The notes beneath the pieces are model-generated. The model did no database searches. It saw nothing but the letters and a program-made list of their open reading frames with translations, and had not been told where the DNA came from. DNA of 64,000 nucleotides from Podarcis erhardii. Taxonomy: Eukaryota. The number at the start of each line of letters is the position of its first letter. Positions within the stretch are counted from its first letter, which is position 1. The stretch is from NCBI GenBank assembly GCA_964252035.1, contig OZ176209.1, one strand, 5' to 3'. The position numbers and the translations under genes were made by a program. Below are positions 1-12,375 of this stretch, one piece after another.

Positions 1-593
1 TGGCATTAATTAGAAAAAAATGGTATTGTTATAATGAGGCTGTTATTGGAACAATACTGGTACACACACACACACAAAATTGTTGTAAACTACAGCATCC
101 ACCATCCCTGACCATTGTCCATACTGACTGGGGCTGATGGGAGCTGGAGTCCAATAACATTTGAAGAGCACTGAGATGGGGTAGGCTGAGATGGAGATGA
201 CCAACAATCTGATTTGGTGTGACACAGCTTCATATGTTCCATACTTTGCTTTGCAAAATAACCCATTACAACCCCATCATGTTTCCAATTTCTTCTTAAA
301 GATTATAGGTGGTGGTGGAATAAAAAAACCCACACCACAGCATCTTAGGTAATGTGGAAATATAAAGCAATGTGAAATAGACAATAAAGTACTTGTTTAC
401 AATTTTCAACATTTCTGGAAATGGTTTTGGGGAGCTCAAGCCCCAACTGATTATCAAGTTGATTATCAAGTCAGAAACCTAACATTTTCCCATTTAATCA
501 TAGAGATGGTGGAAATCTGGCAGAAAAAAAATGTATAGATGAATATCTGTATCATCCTGTGTTCCTTTGCAAGCCTTGTTGCATATAAAGATG

Positions 594-717
594 ATCTGAA
601 GGCAGTCCTGTTAGGGAAGTTTTCTTAAATGTTTAATGTTTTATCATGTTTTAATATGCTGTTGGGAGCCACCCAGAGTGGCCAGGGAGGCCTGGCCAGA
701 TGGGCGGGGTGTAAGTA

Positions 718-772
<55 letters not shown>
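594..772 (+). mobile_element. L2 LINE 3' end with (ATT)n tail
   Basis: Matches the other L2 3' ends in the window (ctgaaggcag..ttagggaagt..gccacccagagtggc..gggcggggt) and ends in an ATT run. Confidence 0.8.
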
Positions 773-775
<3 letters not shown>

Positions 776-826
776 TTTTATTTATACCCCGCCCTACCCA
801 GCCAAGGCTGGGCTCATAATTAATAA

Positions 827-884
<58 letters not shown>

Positions 885-908
885 TACTACTACTACTACT
901 ACTACTAT
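827..908. repeat. (TTA)n-(CTA)n compound microsatellite, preceded by a short inverted L2 tail (about 778-815)
   Basis: Seen directly; it explains the poly-L/poly-Y ORF 636..989. Confidence 0.9.
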
Positions 909-1605
909 TCACCAACAATTCTTGATGTTGCAAGCCCCTTTATTTTATTTTATATAAATGTATCTGGTTTCTATTCAATATTTAAATGATTATTTATCAT
1001 CTGAGACACCCTGCCCCACCCCTGGGGGTTAAAACAGTACTCACACAAAAGGGGAATTTCAAAAAAGTCCACTCTCTCCTATTGGAAGAAAGCTTTCTCT
1101 AGCTTCACACGTAAGTGAGCCCATTGGCTGAGGACTCGAGATGGATTTCATTATGTGTATTCTTAACGGTTCATTAATAAACAAGGGGCAACCAGGGAAC
1201 TGGAGCTAGGTAAGGGGCTATATTCAATGGCTCCGGAATGCCCAATGTCTCTTCCTTATGCAACTAAGTTCAAATGTTAAAACTGGGCAAGAAAGTACCC
1301 TCTAGAATGGGTTGATTTGGGCCAGTTATGTGACACACAAAATTACCCTTAAAATAAAGGACAAAGGAGAACTTCAGCACAAAGCAAAGATCATTCATTC
1401 AAGCGCGGTCCCAGGAGGTATATTAAAGCCATGAATAGGAAAAAGCTCAGTAGTTCACCAGCTGAGATTTTAATGAGATATTTCCCCTTGCTGTGGTACA
1501 GGTTTTGCTCAGGAAAGAGAAAAGGCTGCTCACAAAATATATTCAGTTAATAGGCGCCAATAGCTTTTGCAGCCACTCTGGTAGCTAGCTGATTGCTGTA
1601 CTAAC

Positions 1606-1729
1606 CTTCTGTTTTGGCATAATCTGTAAGCCGAGTGTAATTGATCAAGGCTGCTTTCTCCAGACATTTTCTAACCACTTTCTTCACTTCTTCCGCTGGT
1701 ATGGGAGTGGCAATATCTTTCATTAAAAC
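1606..1729 (-). CDS. CADPS2: CADPS2 internal coding exon (124 nt): [41 protein letters not shown](E)
   Basis: Acceptor gacgcAG, donor GTTAGT; phase 0 to 1. [22 protein letters not shown] is CADPS2-type (CADPS: [22 protein letters not shown]). Confidence 0.97.
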
Positions 1730-2429
1730 CTGCGTCAAAGACAGTGCTCGAGTTAGACACATTACCATAACCCCCCAAGAGAAAAGGTTTCAACATATAC
1801 TAATAGTTGTTTTAGATTTGCTGGCAATTAGAGACTGAAAGAAAAGGAAGTCGCTAATCGACTTAGCTATTAATCTCTGCAGATTTGAGTGAAAAGCAGC
1901 CGTTTAGGCCATAACTTAGACTTGCCCACCTGCAGACACCATTTCTAAATGAAACACAAGGCTAAAACAAGTGTCTACACAGTACTTAACATACATGTTA
2001 TCTTGTAATATTTACAGCCGTTCATAAGGTCAAACTATCTTTACATTAAAGATTGGGGGTAGGGGAAAGGATGAAAAAACATCAGTTGGCTTGAGTTCAT
2101 TTACAGCACTTGTAGGGAGCTTTCACATGGAAGTTTTCTTGTAGAATAGGGCGCTGCTCCTACACAGAAGCTTTTCATGGCATCTGCATGATGTCATCAT
2201 CAAAATGCCAGTCCATACTTTTCCTTTACTTAAATCTGGATTTGCCCTACCACACAAAATCCAGTAAGAAAAATGCCCCATTACTGGCACAGGAAAATAA
2301 TAGCAGTGGCAGGTGAAGGGAAAGCCACAAGAATGACGCTGGAGACTGGTATTGGGTTGAAACAAGCCACAAAAGAGTAGGTGCAGCTAAGGCAAGACGA
2401 TCGGCCAATATTTTATTCAAGTTGCTAAA

Positions 2430-2806
2430 AAGGTAAAAGTAAAGGACTCCTGGATGGTTAAGTCCAGTCAAAGGCGACTATGGGGTGTGGCACTCGTCTC
2501 ACTTTCAGGCCAAGGGAGCTGGCGTTCATCCACAGGCAACTCTCCAGGTCATGTAGCCAGCATGACAAAACCGCTTCTGGCGCAACAGAACACCATGACA
2601 GAAACCAGAGCCCACAGAAATGCCATTTACCTTCCTGCCACAGTGGTACCTATTTATCTTCTTGCACTGGTAAGCTTTCGAACTGCTAGGTTGGCAGAAG
2701 CTGGCACAGAGCAATGGGAACTTACACCATTGCATGGATTCGAATTGCCAACCTTCTGATCGGCAAGATCAAGAGGCTCAGTAATTTAGACCACAGCACC
2801 ACCTGT
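2430..2806 (-). mobile_element. Sauria SINE, near full length, diverged
   Basis: tRNA-like head at the right end, diagnostic core gtacctatttatct..ttcgaactgctaggttggcag, ACCTTT-type tail at the left end. Confidence 0.9.
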
Positions 2807-3344
2807 GGTACCTCTGTTTGAACTCATGCCTCCTTGGTCTGAATTTAGCTCTCCGGACATTGTTCATGAGCTTCCTCAGATTTCTTGAAGAGTCTAGCAA
2901 TGGAAGGTATTTAAAGCAGTATGCAGTAAAGGCAAATTTCCTTAAACACGAGTTATCATGGATAGTCGCCACTGGTAGCCTTATACTGAAGTAGGTCAAC
3001 CTGTAGACTGATCCAACACATTTTTACTTACGTTTTTTTAGGGATTACATTTTATGAGCATGAAAGACTTTACTTATTTTCATGGAGAATTCCTCCATAA
3101 AATATATTGCTATGTGAGAGAATCCTAAAGATATGAATCCCATGACTGATTTAAAAGAGTCTAAAAATATTAAAAGTCATGTTCTACTCAACTGATTCGG
3201 TACTAAATAGGTGTCTGCCCCACCTCCCACACGGGGAAAATTAACATTTTGGAAATAATACCAAAATAGGTAATGTGTACACTTTGGTCAATTTCTAAAA
3301 AATACACACGTACTGGAAAAACTTAAATGAAACTCAGAACGTAC

Positions 3345-3408
3345 CCTTTCGAGTAATGAAAGTGTAGCTTTTAACGCTCCTTCTGGACGCCCAAAAGGGA
3401 AACAATAC
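3345..3408 (-). CDS. CADPS2: CADPS2 internal coding exon (64 nt): (R)[21 protein letters not shown]
   Basis: Acceptor tatttaAG, donor GTACGT; phase 2 to 0. Invariant CAPS motif. Confidence 0.97.
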
Positions 3409-3439
3409 CTTAAATATAGACAAAAGATAGACCCTTTAT

Positions 3440-3526
3440 TAGAATCATAGAACTGTACAGTTGGAAGGGACCCCAAGAATCATGTAGTCTAGTCCAACCC
3501 CCTGAATTGCAGGAATCTCAGCTAAA
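3440..3526 (-). mobile_element. Short CR1-type 3' tail
   Basis: agaatcatagaactgta.agttggaagggacccc..tagtccaacccc motif, shared with 31580 and 33118. Confidence 0.65.
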
Positions 3527-4506
3527 GTTGCACCTTTGTGTGACAAGAACATTTGTATATATTTCTTTTAAAATTATTTAGAAAAGTATGTGCTCCTTTG
3601 GGGGCGTAGGTGGGTGGGCACGAGGGACAGAACCCTTAAGTTGTACAATTTCCTGTCCTGAGTGGTATAATTGACTCTCTCCTGCCAATCATTTAGGCAT
3701 GATCTCCAAACACTTTTATGCATGGATGCTTTTAATGTGGGTGTGCAAAGTTTAAGGCTCTTCATTTCTATTTGGATGGCTCCAAGATGGAACTGGGTCA
3801 GAAAATGTGTACTACCCCAATTCCTAGTATTGTTTGAGATTTCATAGGGGTTTAAATCAACAAGATTAACAGGTTAGAAGCGCAATCCCACACAGAATTA
3901 CTTAGAAATAAGCAGGCTACGTTTGGGACCTGCTTCCAGATAAATGAGTACAGGATTAATAAACTTCTACATCTTCAATTTCTAATAACAAAGGTATTAC
4001 ATTTTCTTGCCCAAATATTCTTAGATTATCTGCATGATTTTTGCCCTGTCCTTTGTGCTTTCTCTTGTTACCATATAAAAGATGTAATCGCTATGACATG
4101 CCTAGTATAAACAATTCGCTGTCCACCAAGGCCAAATAGCAATGACTGATAGGCAAAATCAGTGTTAAGTTATATTTTTTTAAAGGAGGGGTCATTTGTG
4201 CTATATATTTTTGGTCTGCACCATCCATGCTTGCAAGTCTCTGATCTGTTTGCATGACCGGCATAAATTGGTACAGAATGGGCAAAATTCATATGCGACT
4301 TGCAACGTTAGGTAGAGTAAATGTCTGATGCTTTAAAAAACCAACTGACAGGAAGGGTGATATTCCTCTTCAAAGGCCTTAGTTGGTTTATAAAAACTGA
4401 ACGGCATTCAAATTTAAGATTGCACCAGGATCTAAACCCTAATTCACCATCTCCTTCTTTCCTCATAGCAATAGGCATGTCAAACTTGCAGTATGCAAAT
4501 GTTTAC

Positions 4507-4608
4507 CTGAAGTGGCTAATCTGGTTTTCCAAAAGAGAAGTAAGCCTTTCTTTAATATCTTCAAACTTTTCTTTCTCTTCAATGGTTACTGTTCCAATTC
4601 CATCTGGT
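4507..4608 (-). CDS. CADPS2: CADPS2 internal coding exon (102 nt): (R)[33 protein letters not shown](R)
   Basis: Acceptor catttcAG, donor GTAAAC; phase 2 to 2. Confidence 0.97.
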
Positions 4609-5332
4609 CTGAAATGTACAGGTTTTTAAAAAACGCATCATAAGTTTAAGGACAGAACAGTAGTAATCGTGTCTTAATTCATTAATGCATCACCTTGAAA
4701 ACATAGGCACTTATAGTTTACCAGTTATAATTTCACATAACACTTCAGCATCAAAAGGAGTAAAGGGGACAAAGCCCTGATGGCAATAACACAGCCTTTT
4801 AGAAGTCATACACTACCAAGACAGCTCTTTGAGAGGAATGGTGCAGCAGAAGTGTGAAATTAAATAAGCTGCTAACTGTGTCACGTACATATAATAGAGG
4901 ACGCAACAATTGAAAATAATTAAAATACATTTTCAAGGTGTGAAGAGGAGTCCAGTTCAGAACTTAAAGAGCAGTGAGCAGTTAAGAGCCACTAATATTG
5001 TGGCCCACAGAGACGACAAAACAGGTAGAGCGGAATGAGGTTAGCTGCTGTTCAATTTAAAGCCTAGTTCCTAATGGACCACATGTCTGGCAAATGCAGG
5101 CAGCTTTGTAATGTATATACATTTCGCATCGGTTCATGAAAATGCCACGAAAGAAGGCTTCTCTGAGCACCCTTCCATCACAATACTGACTTTGATCCCA
5201 AACTCCACAATTACCTTAATGTGATGGTAAGCAAGGGTGACACCACCAAGAAAACAATGTTCAACTATCATGCTCTCCTTAGGGATACTGCTTCACGGTT
5301 GGTCCCAGTCCAGTCTCTCGTTCTTTTAAGTT

Positions 5333-5460
5333 AGAGATGGGGAACCTCCAGATGTTGCTGGGACTCCAACTCCCATCAGCTCCAGCCAGCATGGCCATTC
5401 TTCAGATGATGTGAGTTGTAGGCCAACAATATATGGAAAGTTGCATGTCCCCTATCCCTG
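5333..5460. mobile_element. Small palindromic hAT-type MITE
   Basis: Internal inverted halves (ccagatgttgctgggactccaactcccatc / gatgtgagttgtaggccaacaatatatgg). Related copies lie near 85-200, 30010-30070, 37659-37780 and 38560-38680. Confidence 0.55.
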
Positions 5461-6904
5461 CCTTTTAAGTTTAAGCAGGGCAGAAGGCAGTGAGGTCTTC
5501 CTTCTTTTGTACAGATCCAAATCCCTCCTTGTCCATTTAGAGATGTGGTTAAATGTCTTTACTCAACTATGAAATCAAATCTGACCACCTGAACTTTATT
5601 ATATTGGACCCATTTTTTCAGTACTTTGCTGTTCAGTTTGGCTCCGTCCACAAGAGTAGATATGTAAGGCATTTTTCCTTCTCTGGATTATTGGCCTGTG
5701 ACTCAAATCCAGTTAACAATGTCCATGTGCAGAACAGAAGGTAACTTTAGGTGACTTTCAGATGAAATCATTCTGATTTATTTGCCACACAAAGTCTGCA
5801 GGGAGATTTGGCAACGTCGGCTAATTGTCAAGCATCCATTTCCATTTGTTTGCAAGGAGGTTATAAAATGTCATGTCAAGTAATTGCTATCCCGTCCTTT
5901 CCTAGGCATTTTCCCCATCGCTTTCCTTAGTGCAAAATTGTTTAGTGATTTTATTTTGAGCGGGTCTGTTGCGTGACAGCACCAAATCAACTTTAATTCA
6001 GCAACCTGAATTTACAGTTATTTGATGGAATAGCACCATGGCCTTCATGATTCCCCATCATGTCCTCTTCTCTTTGTTTGGGTTGTACCCTTTTTTTCTT
6101 TTTCCACATTCCTTAATGCCTGCTCATCTATGACAGCATAAGTACACATGTGTATAATAACTGGTAGGTCACTGAATTAAAAAAAGAGACCAGTCCACGT
6201 GATCTACTTTGTCTTACAAACAGAGAACTCAAATAAAACCAGTCAGCTTGAGCTCAACTGCAATTGGCAACTTTCAAAGTTAATAGCTTGGTGCAATGTG
6301 TGCCAGATTTATGCCTTATCCCCAGAGTATACCCCACCTGGAAAGTCCATGTTGCACACCGGAGAATGCAACATAAGCATCAAAAGCAACACATACAATC
6401 TGCAGTTCTTTGGATTCATCCTTTTGTAGTGGAATGCTATTCTTGGCTATTGTTTGGGTGTGTGTGGGTCTCAGAATGAGGTCTGGCAGGATTCATCGAA
6501 GTACACAGAATGTTGGCAAAAGGCTTGCAGAAATCTGAACATCTAGCCATTCCTTCAACCACATAGAATACACAACTGAATATGGTGTAAAGTACAAAAT
6601 CTTTGTCTCCTTTATTCATGGATTAGAGTGGCCCAGAGCACATGGCAACATGCCGTGTGCCTATTTAGAAATGTCAGTTCAAATGCCAAAAAGCAAGAAC
6701 AAGAGATCCTCTCTTAATTTCTGGTCATTTGCATCTCTCTTTCTCTTGCACTGCAGCAAGATCATAATAAGCGTAGATATTATCTACAGGGCTAATAAGA
6801 GTCTCTGCCAGTGGTAGAAACACCCTACCTTTGCTGTACAACTCCGAGAGCTAGAAGCACACCTCCTGTTGTACCTCAATCCCATCTCTGATTGCTGAGG
6901 GTGA

Positions 6905-7214
6905 CACAGTGTTTCCACCCCCATCGTTCAGCCCGGACATGGAGGTCCAGCTCTGAGGGCCTTCTGGCGGTTCCCTCCATGTGAGAAGTGAGGTTACAGG
7001 GAACCAGGCAGAGGGCCTTCTGGGTAGTGGTGACTGCCCTGTGGAACACCCTCCCATCAGATGTCAAGGAAATAAACAACTATCTGACTTTAAGAAGACA
7101 TCTGAAGGCAGCCCTGTTTAGGTAATGTTTGATGTTTTGTCGTGTTTTTAATATTTTGTTGTGAGTAACCCAGAATGGCTGGGAAAACCCAGCCAGATGG
7201 ACAGGGTATAAATA

Positions 7215-7263
<49 letters not shown>
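6905..7263 (+). mobile_element. L2 LINE 3' fragment with (ATT)n tail
   Basis: Encodes RAFWVVVTALWNTLPSDVKEINNYLTLRRHLKAALFR, the L2 ORF2 C-terminus. Confidence 0.85.
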
Positions 7264-7265
<2 letters not shown>

Positions 7266-7830
7266 ATGCAAACACTACTACCAGGGAAAAGCCCTAGCAG
7301 AAGAGATCAGCACCTGGAACAAATCATGGCCAGGAGAGAGCAAGATTAGATTAGTTGTGTGCAATGTTCTCTCTCTGCCTGAATTCTTTCTCTCTCTTTC
7401 CCCTGACCCCATTCCTCATGGGACTTTGCATGTGTGGATGCAATATTATATATGAAAAAGGTACTATCTGACCTTCCCTCCCATTTTCACACTAATATGA
7501 ATGTAGTTTAAAGTTACGTAGATAGGAATAGATTGAGGGATTTGCCCTTAAATATTTGTATATCTATTTACAGAAGCCAGCAGATGGGCCCTAATCTATG
7601 TTGGATCTCTAGCATGGAAGGATAGGTTTAACTCTTTGCTCCCTGATGTGGTTTAGAACCAGACTGGACCCCTCACAACTCCTCTGTTAACTCACTTGGT
7701 CCTTCCTCTGAATCCTGTTCTTCATTCCCTGGACAACTTCCACCATCCCTGGACAACTTCCACCATGCTTGCTGGGGCTAAAGTGAGATCTAAAGCAAGG
7801 TTAGTCCTCTCCAGCACACACTCTTACTGG

Positions 7831-7971
7831 TGTGCTTTCGAACTGCTGGGTTGGCAGAAGCTGGGACAGAGCAACGGGAGCTCACCCCATCACACAGATT
7901 CGAACCGCCGACCTTCCAATCGGCAAGCCTAAGAGGCTCAGTGGTTTAGACCACAGCACCACCTGTGTCCC
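7831..7971 (-). mobile_element. Sauria SINE head only (3'-truncated), flanked by a 49-bp direct repeat
   Basis: Matches the 5' 140 bp of the other Sauria SINEs. Flanks 7779-7827 and 7974-8022 are 45/49 identical. Confidence 0.85.
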
Positions 7972-8195
7972 TGTAAAGTGAGATCTAAGCCAAGGTTAGT
8001 CCTTTCCAGCACACACCCTTACCTAAGATACAACCAGGTATTCTCCTGCAGCATACATCAGTGAAAAAAAGAGTATCATATAGCTGATATCATCCGTGTT
8101 TTTTATAACTTAACTATCAAAAATATCAGGAAAGATTTAAGCAAATATTAGCTGGACATTTTAGCTCTCAAGAACTGAACGTGATCGCTTGGTCA

Positions 8196-8748
8196 TGACA
8201 CGATTTGCTGCACCAATAGGCACACAACCGGCTCCTCTCTTCTCTTGAATAAATTCTACTTGTGACCTGTCAGGTGAGGAAGCCCAACGTGCTTTTCATC
8301 TTTAAAGATAAATTTGAAGGACAGCAATTTCATCAGACACCGCTAAGATGTGTACATCACTCTTTTCTTTCATAAATGCAATGTGAAAGAAGAAGGAACT
8401 TCACTCCTCCCTTGCAGTGAATGCCATGACACCGTTACCTCGGCGTTCTGACAGATGGAACGTGCTAAGATACAGGTAAAATCCTCTGTCTGATTTGACT
8501 GTCAGGAGAAATTGCATTCTGCAGCGAGAAAGGAAATACTTCTGTCATGTTAAACTTTGCTGCAGCGTGTCACACGTGTGACAGGAGAGCGCCAGGGGTC
8601 CTGATAGTGACAAGCGAGAAAGGTGAGCCAGGATAATGTCACCATCTGTTAACCTGACGTAAAAGGAGAATCGCTACATGCACATGGGAGACCTCACAGC
8701 CCGTCATGTCTCTACCTGACTTTGCTGTCGTACAAAACTCTGCTGACA
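8196..8748. promoter_or_regulatory. Candidate intronic enhancer: dense TGACA/TGTCA cluster with a 16-bp palindrome
   Basis: 11 TGACA/TGTCA sites in about 555 bp, perfect palindrome TGTCACACGTGTGACA (8568-8583), no recognisable transposon. Function is inferred only. Confidence 0.4.
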
Positions 8749-11433
8749 ACACCTAGGATTTTCAAAGAGCTTGTTAGATCCATTTTCACTGACTATGCAG
8801 TGACCTGTACCTCAGAATAGTAAAAGTGAACAATACCCCCCCCCCAAAAAAATGTGTATGGTTTGAAACAAAGACAACTCCATCAGGAACAAGGCAATTT
8901 GTCCTCCCTTGTCTAAGCTTGTAGGCAATAAATATTTAAAATTATTTTTCCACTGAGAGGTGGCAGTAAGGCAGGTCTTGAGACCCTTGCTGTGATATCT
9001 TTTCTGCTTCTTAAAGGGTATGGTCCCTAAGGAAGGAAGTGCACCTCTCTGGAATAGCAGCGATTCATGGTGAGATCACAGTCTGACCTGGATACTTCCA
9101 GCTGAGAAATGCTGAAAAAACAAGAGCTTCTCACTACATTCTTTTTCCATCTTTTAGGTCCACAATAAAGGTGTAAACTGCAGAGTTTAAATGCCGCTCC
9201 TCACATTTTAAAATGAGGCATAACCAGAAGCATTAAGAACCAGCAATGGACTGGGGATATTTTCAAATACTACTACACCAGAAAATGCCATGAAAATGAG
9301 TCTAAGGTCATGACTAGCATTCAGCTTCCCGAGGAACCTTAAATCCTTCATATTTTCCACCTCACCCTTTTCCTCCTTCCACCAGAATGTGCTTTTCAGC
9401 AGGCTTTCTTAGCATAAGTGCAGATTAAACGGGAACTGAAAGTCAGGTGTAAAGTAAGGTTGAATTCTGCCTCCAGATTTTCAGGAAGAAAGCTTTTCCT
9501 TTGCCACTGAGGATCACATGCTGCTATGTTTTCTTAGACTCCAAAGTCTGCACTTGAGATAGCAGCTGGGGCCAACCACACAAATTTTGTATCTGCAAAG
9601 ATATACAGATATCTCTGGGCCTGGCAAAAAAATTTCTACCACAGCTCAAGCACAAGTGGTGTTGATTTGCCCTACTTTCAAATATCTAAAGGGTATCTCC
9701 AAGCTTTTCTACTGTTTCCTTTCCATCCCTTCTGGAAGACCTCTTCCTAGTACTAATGTAGTTCCCAGAGAAGCACAGGAACTTCGTATGGGTGGCATAT
9801 AGACAGTATTTAAGCCAAGAAAGTTGTTCGCCCCATTCCTGTGTTATCATCACCAACACTTAAAATAACAGTACATTGCAACCAGGAGAGGTAACAAATC
9901 AAAGTGAATGCAAATTGCTAAGTGACTTAATCTTCCCTGCTACAAAACACCAACTGATAGAAAAGAAAACAGTCCCAAATACATTCATCTGACATCCTTT
10001 CTTTTTTTGCTGCAGTTTCCAATGACCCACAGGACAGAGAATAATTCAGTGAAGGGGCAATGGGAAGCAAAGTGAAAACCAGCGCAGACTAGAGTTTCCA
10101 AGACACTCGAGACCGCAAAACATCGAAGAGAACAAGATACACCAATGTCCCTCCTTCAGAACTGCCACTGACACAAACTATTGAGAAATGAGACTTTTTT
10201 TTTTAAGACTCTGCGTCCATTGGCAAACATTGCAACAGTAAAAATAAATACTTCCAGCTGCAAACCTATTAAACAGCAAGGCAGATATGGCACTAGTACA
10301 ACAATGCTCTGCCATGGCTTAGTGCCTTCACAAGAGGCCCAGCTTCTTCTCTGGAAAGGAAATTCTCCATGTTCTGACATTTGTGTTCCCAAAGTCTGTG
10401 AAATATCTTACAGAGTTCATCTTTTGCGGATTCCGCCCCCTGCAAGAAAGGAAAACTTTAAGAACAATAAAGGGCGAAGCTACAACGTTGGTGGTAAGAG
10501 GCTTGATTTGGTTCCCGTGAGATGGCATTCGCTTTGATTATCTGTTTGACGAAAGTTCAGTGCATCAGCTTCCATCAAAGAGAGGGAGTGAGACGCCAAC
10601 CTCGGAAGCAGGTCGGGCATCTGTCAATTCAACCTGTTCTCAGCAGGGAGAAAAAGTCACTTTGCACTTCATGTATTTCCCACCAACATCATTTCAGAAA
10701 GAGAGTGACAAAATGGGAAGTCTCAGCGTGAGAACTAGATACAAGATGAGATGATGAGGAAGAAAACAATAGCTCCTTTTCTGTATTTTGTACCTTCACT
10801 TAACCTCCACTGCTACTGTTTAGATTGCCACGTCTATAGTCTATTTACATAATTAGCCCACTTCATGCATATTTCAAATATATAAATCTAGGGCTAAGGA
10901 CAGCAGCAACAAGCAACATTAGCACCTCTAAACAGTGATTTTGTCTTGGGAACACTATGCAAGGAAAGGCATGAGCTGAGAGGGAGGGGCACATTTCCCA
11001 GAACTCATTATAAATCACAGGCCTTGTTTTCGCAGATTTTAGTCACTGATGGACGAGAGCTGCAAAGAGTTTATTTTGTGGTCTGTATGCTGTCTTCATC
11101 CTACATGGACATGATTTGGACAACTTAGTAATATCAATGAGGAGCCATATCTGGTTTCCTCTGTAACATTGCGACATCTATGATGTGAGCCCTTCATTGG
11201 CTGAGTTCACCTGAGGAAGAATGGAACAGGGTGGGGAATGGCTATCAAATGGAAAACAGAAGGGTGAAAGAGCAGCTGTGAACAGTGGCAAATGAATGAT
11301 CATGAAAAAAGAAGGGGGGAGCCCATTTTCAGGCCTAGTCTACGGCAGCCATGGCAGTAAAATTATGCTTTTCTGCCACAACTACATTAGCAGTGCCATT
11401 CAACAGTTATTTCGGGGAAGGTATGGTAGATTC

Positions 11434-11671
11434 TTCCTGCCAACCTAGCGGTTCAAAAGCACATCAAAGTGCAAGTAGATAAATAGGTACCGCTCCGGCG
11501 GGAAGGTAAACGGCATTTCCATGCGCTGCTCTTGTTTGCCAGAAGTAGCTTAGTCATGCTGGCCACACGACCTGGAAGCTGTCTGCGTACAAACGCCAGC
11601 TCCCTCGGCCTGTAAAGAGAGAGTCGTCCGCGACTGGATTTAACTGTCAGGGGTCCCTTTATCTTTATCTT
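11434..11671 (+). mobile_element. Sauria SINE, 5'-truncated, with an internal deletion
   Basis: Core gcaagtagataaataggtaccgctccggcgggaagg and tail caggggtccctttatcttt. Confidence 0.88.
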
Positions 11672-11789
11672 ATGGTAGATTCTAGAATGCAAGGAGTTAT
11701 AGATCAACCCTTGGTGATTTTGTGGTGACAATTTTGCAGAACACTGACAAAATCACCTTTAATCATTCTGACATGGTCTCCACACTAAG

Positions 11790-12375
11790 GGCAGGATCTG
11801 TGGGGATGCTTCTCCAGTTTTGATGAATGAGTTTCATATTGTTCAATTTGATGGTGTGGAAAAGTTGCTTGGAGGGATGATGCCAACCATCTGGACCGGA
11901 CCTGTGTCCATCCTGGTTGGTAAGAGCTGGCCCGATGTGCTGTGGTGATCATAAATGCTTTCTTGCAGGAGGGCTGTGTCCCTGTATCCTCAAAGGAAGT
12001 GGTTGTGAGACCTTTATGAAAGGCCTCATCTTCGTATCCCACTATCCTAGACAATCATTGGCTAGTCTCCAACTTTTCCTTTTTGAAGAAGCTCCTACAG
12101 CAGATTGTGGCAACTCAACTCTGGGATTTCTTGGATGAAGTAGAGTTATCTGGGATCTTTCCAGTCTGGTTTCAGGCCTGCTTTTGTGGCTAAAACACAA
12201 TTGGTAGTCTTTGATGGTGACCACGGCGGTGGGGGCAGTGGCGGGGGCAGTTCCTCTTGATTCTGCTGGATCTCTCTGTGGATCTCTCTGTGACATTTGC
12301 TATTATCACCCATGGTATCTTCCTGACATGCTTGAATAGTATGGGACTGCGGGGGCACAATTCTACAGTGACTGA
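11790..12375 (+). mobile_element. Old L2 LINE ORF2 (RT N-terminal) fragment, degenerate
   Basis: Broken-frame motifs resembling IINAFLQEGCVP..KEVVVRP, SNFSFLKKLLQQIVATQL, FQSGFRP and LILLDLS. Confidence 0.7.

Noticed and set aside
636-989. Poly-Leu/Tyr/Asn/Ile ORFs here and at about 7080, 18290, 36030, 37157, 51134 and 54862
   Set aside because: They are translations of microsatellites and LINE/SINE tails.
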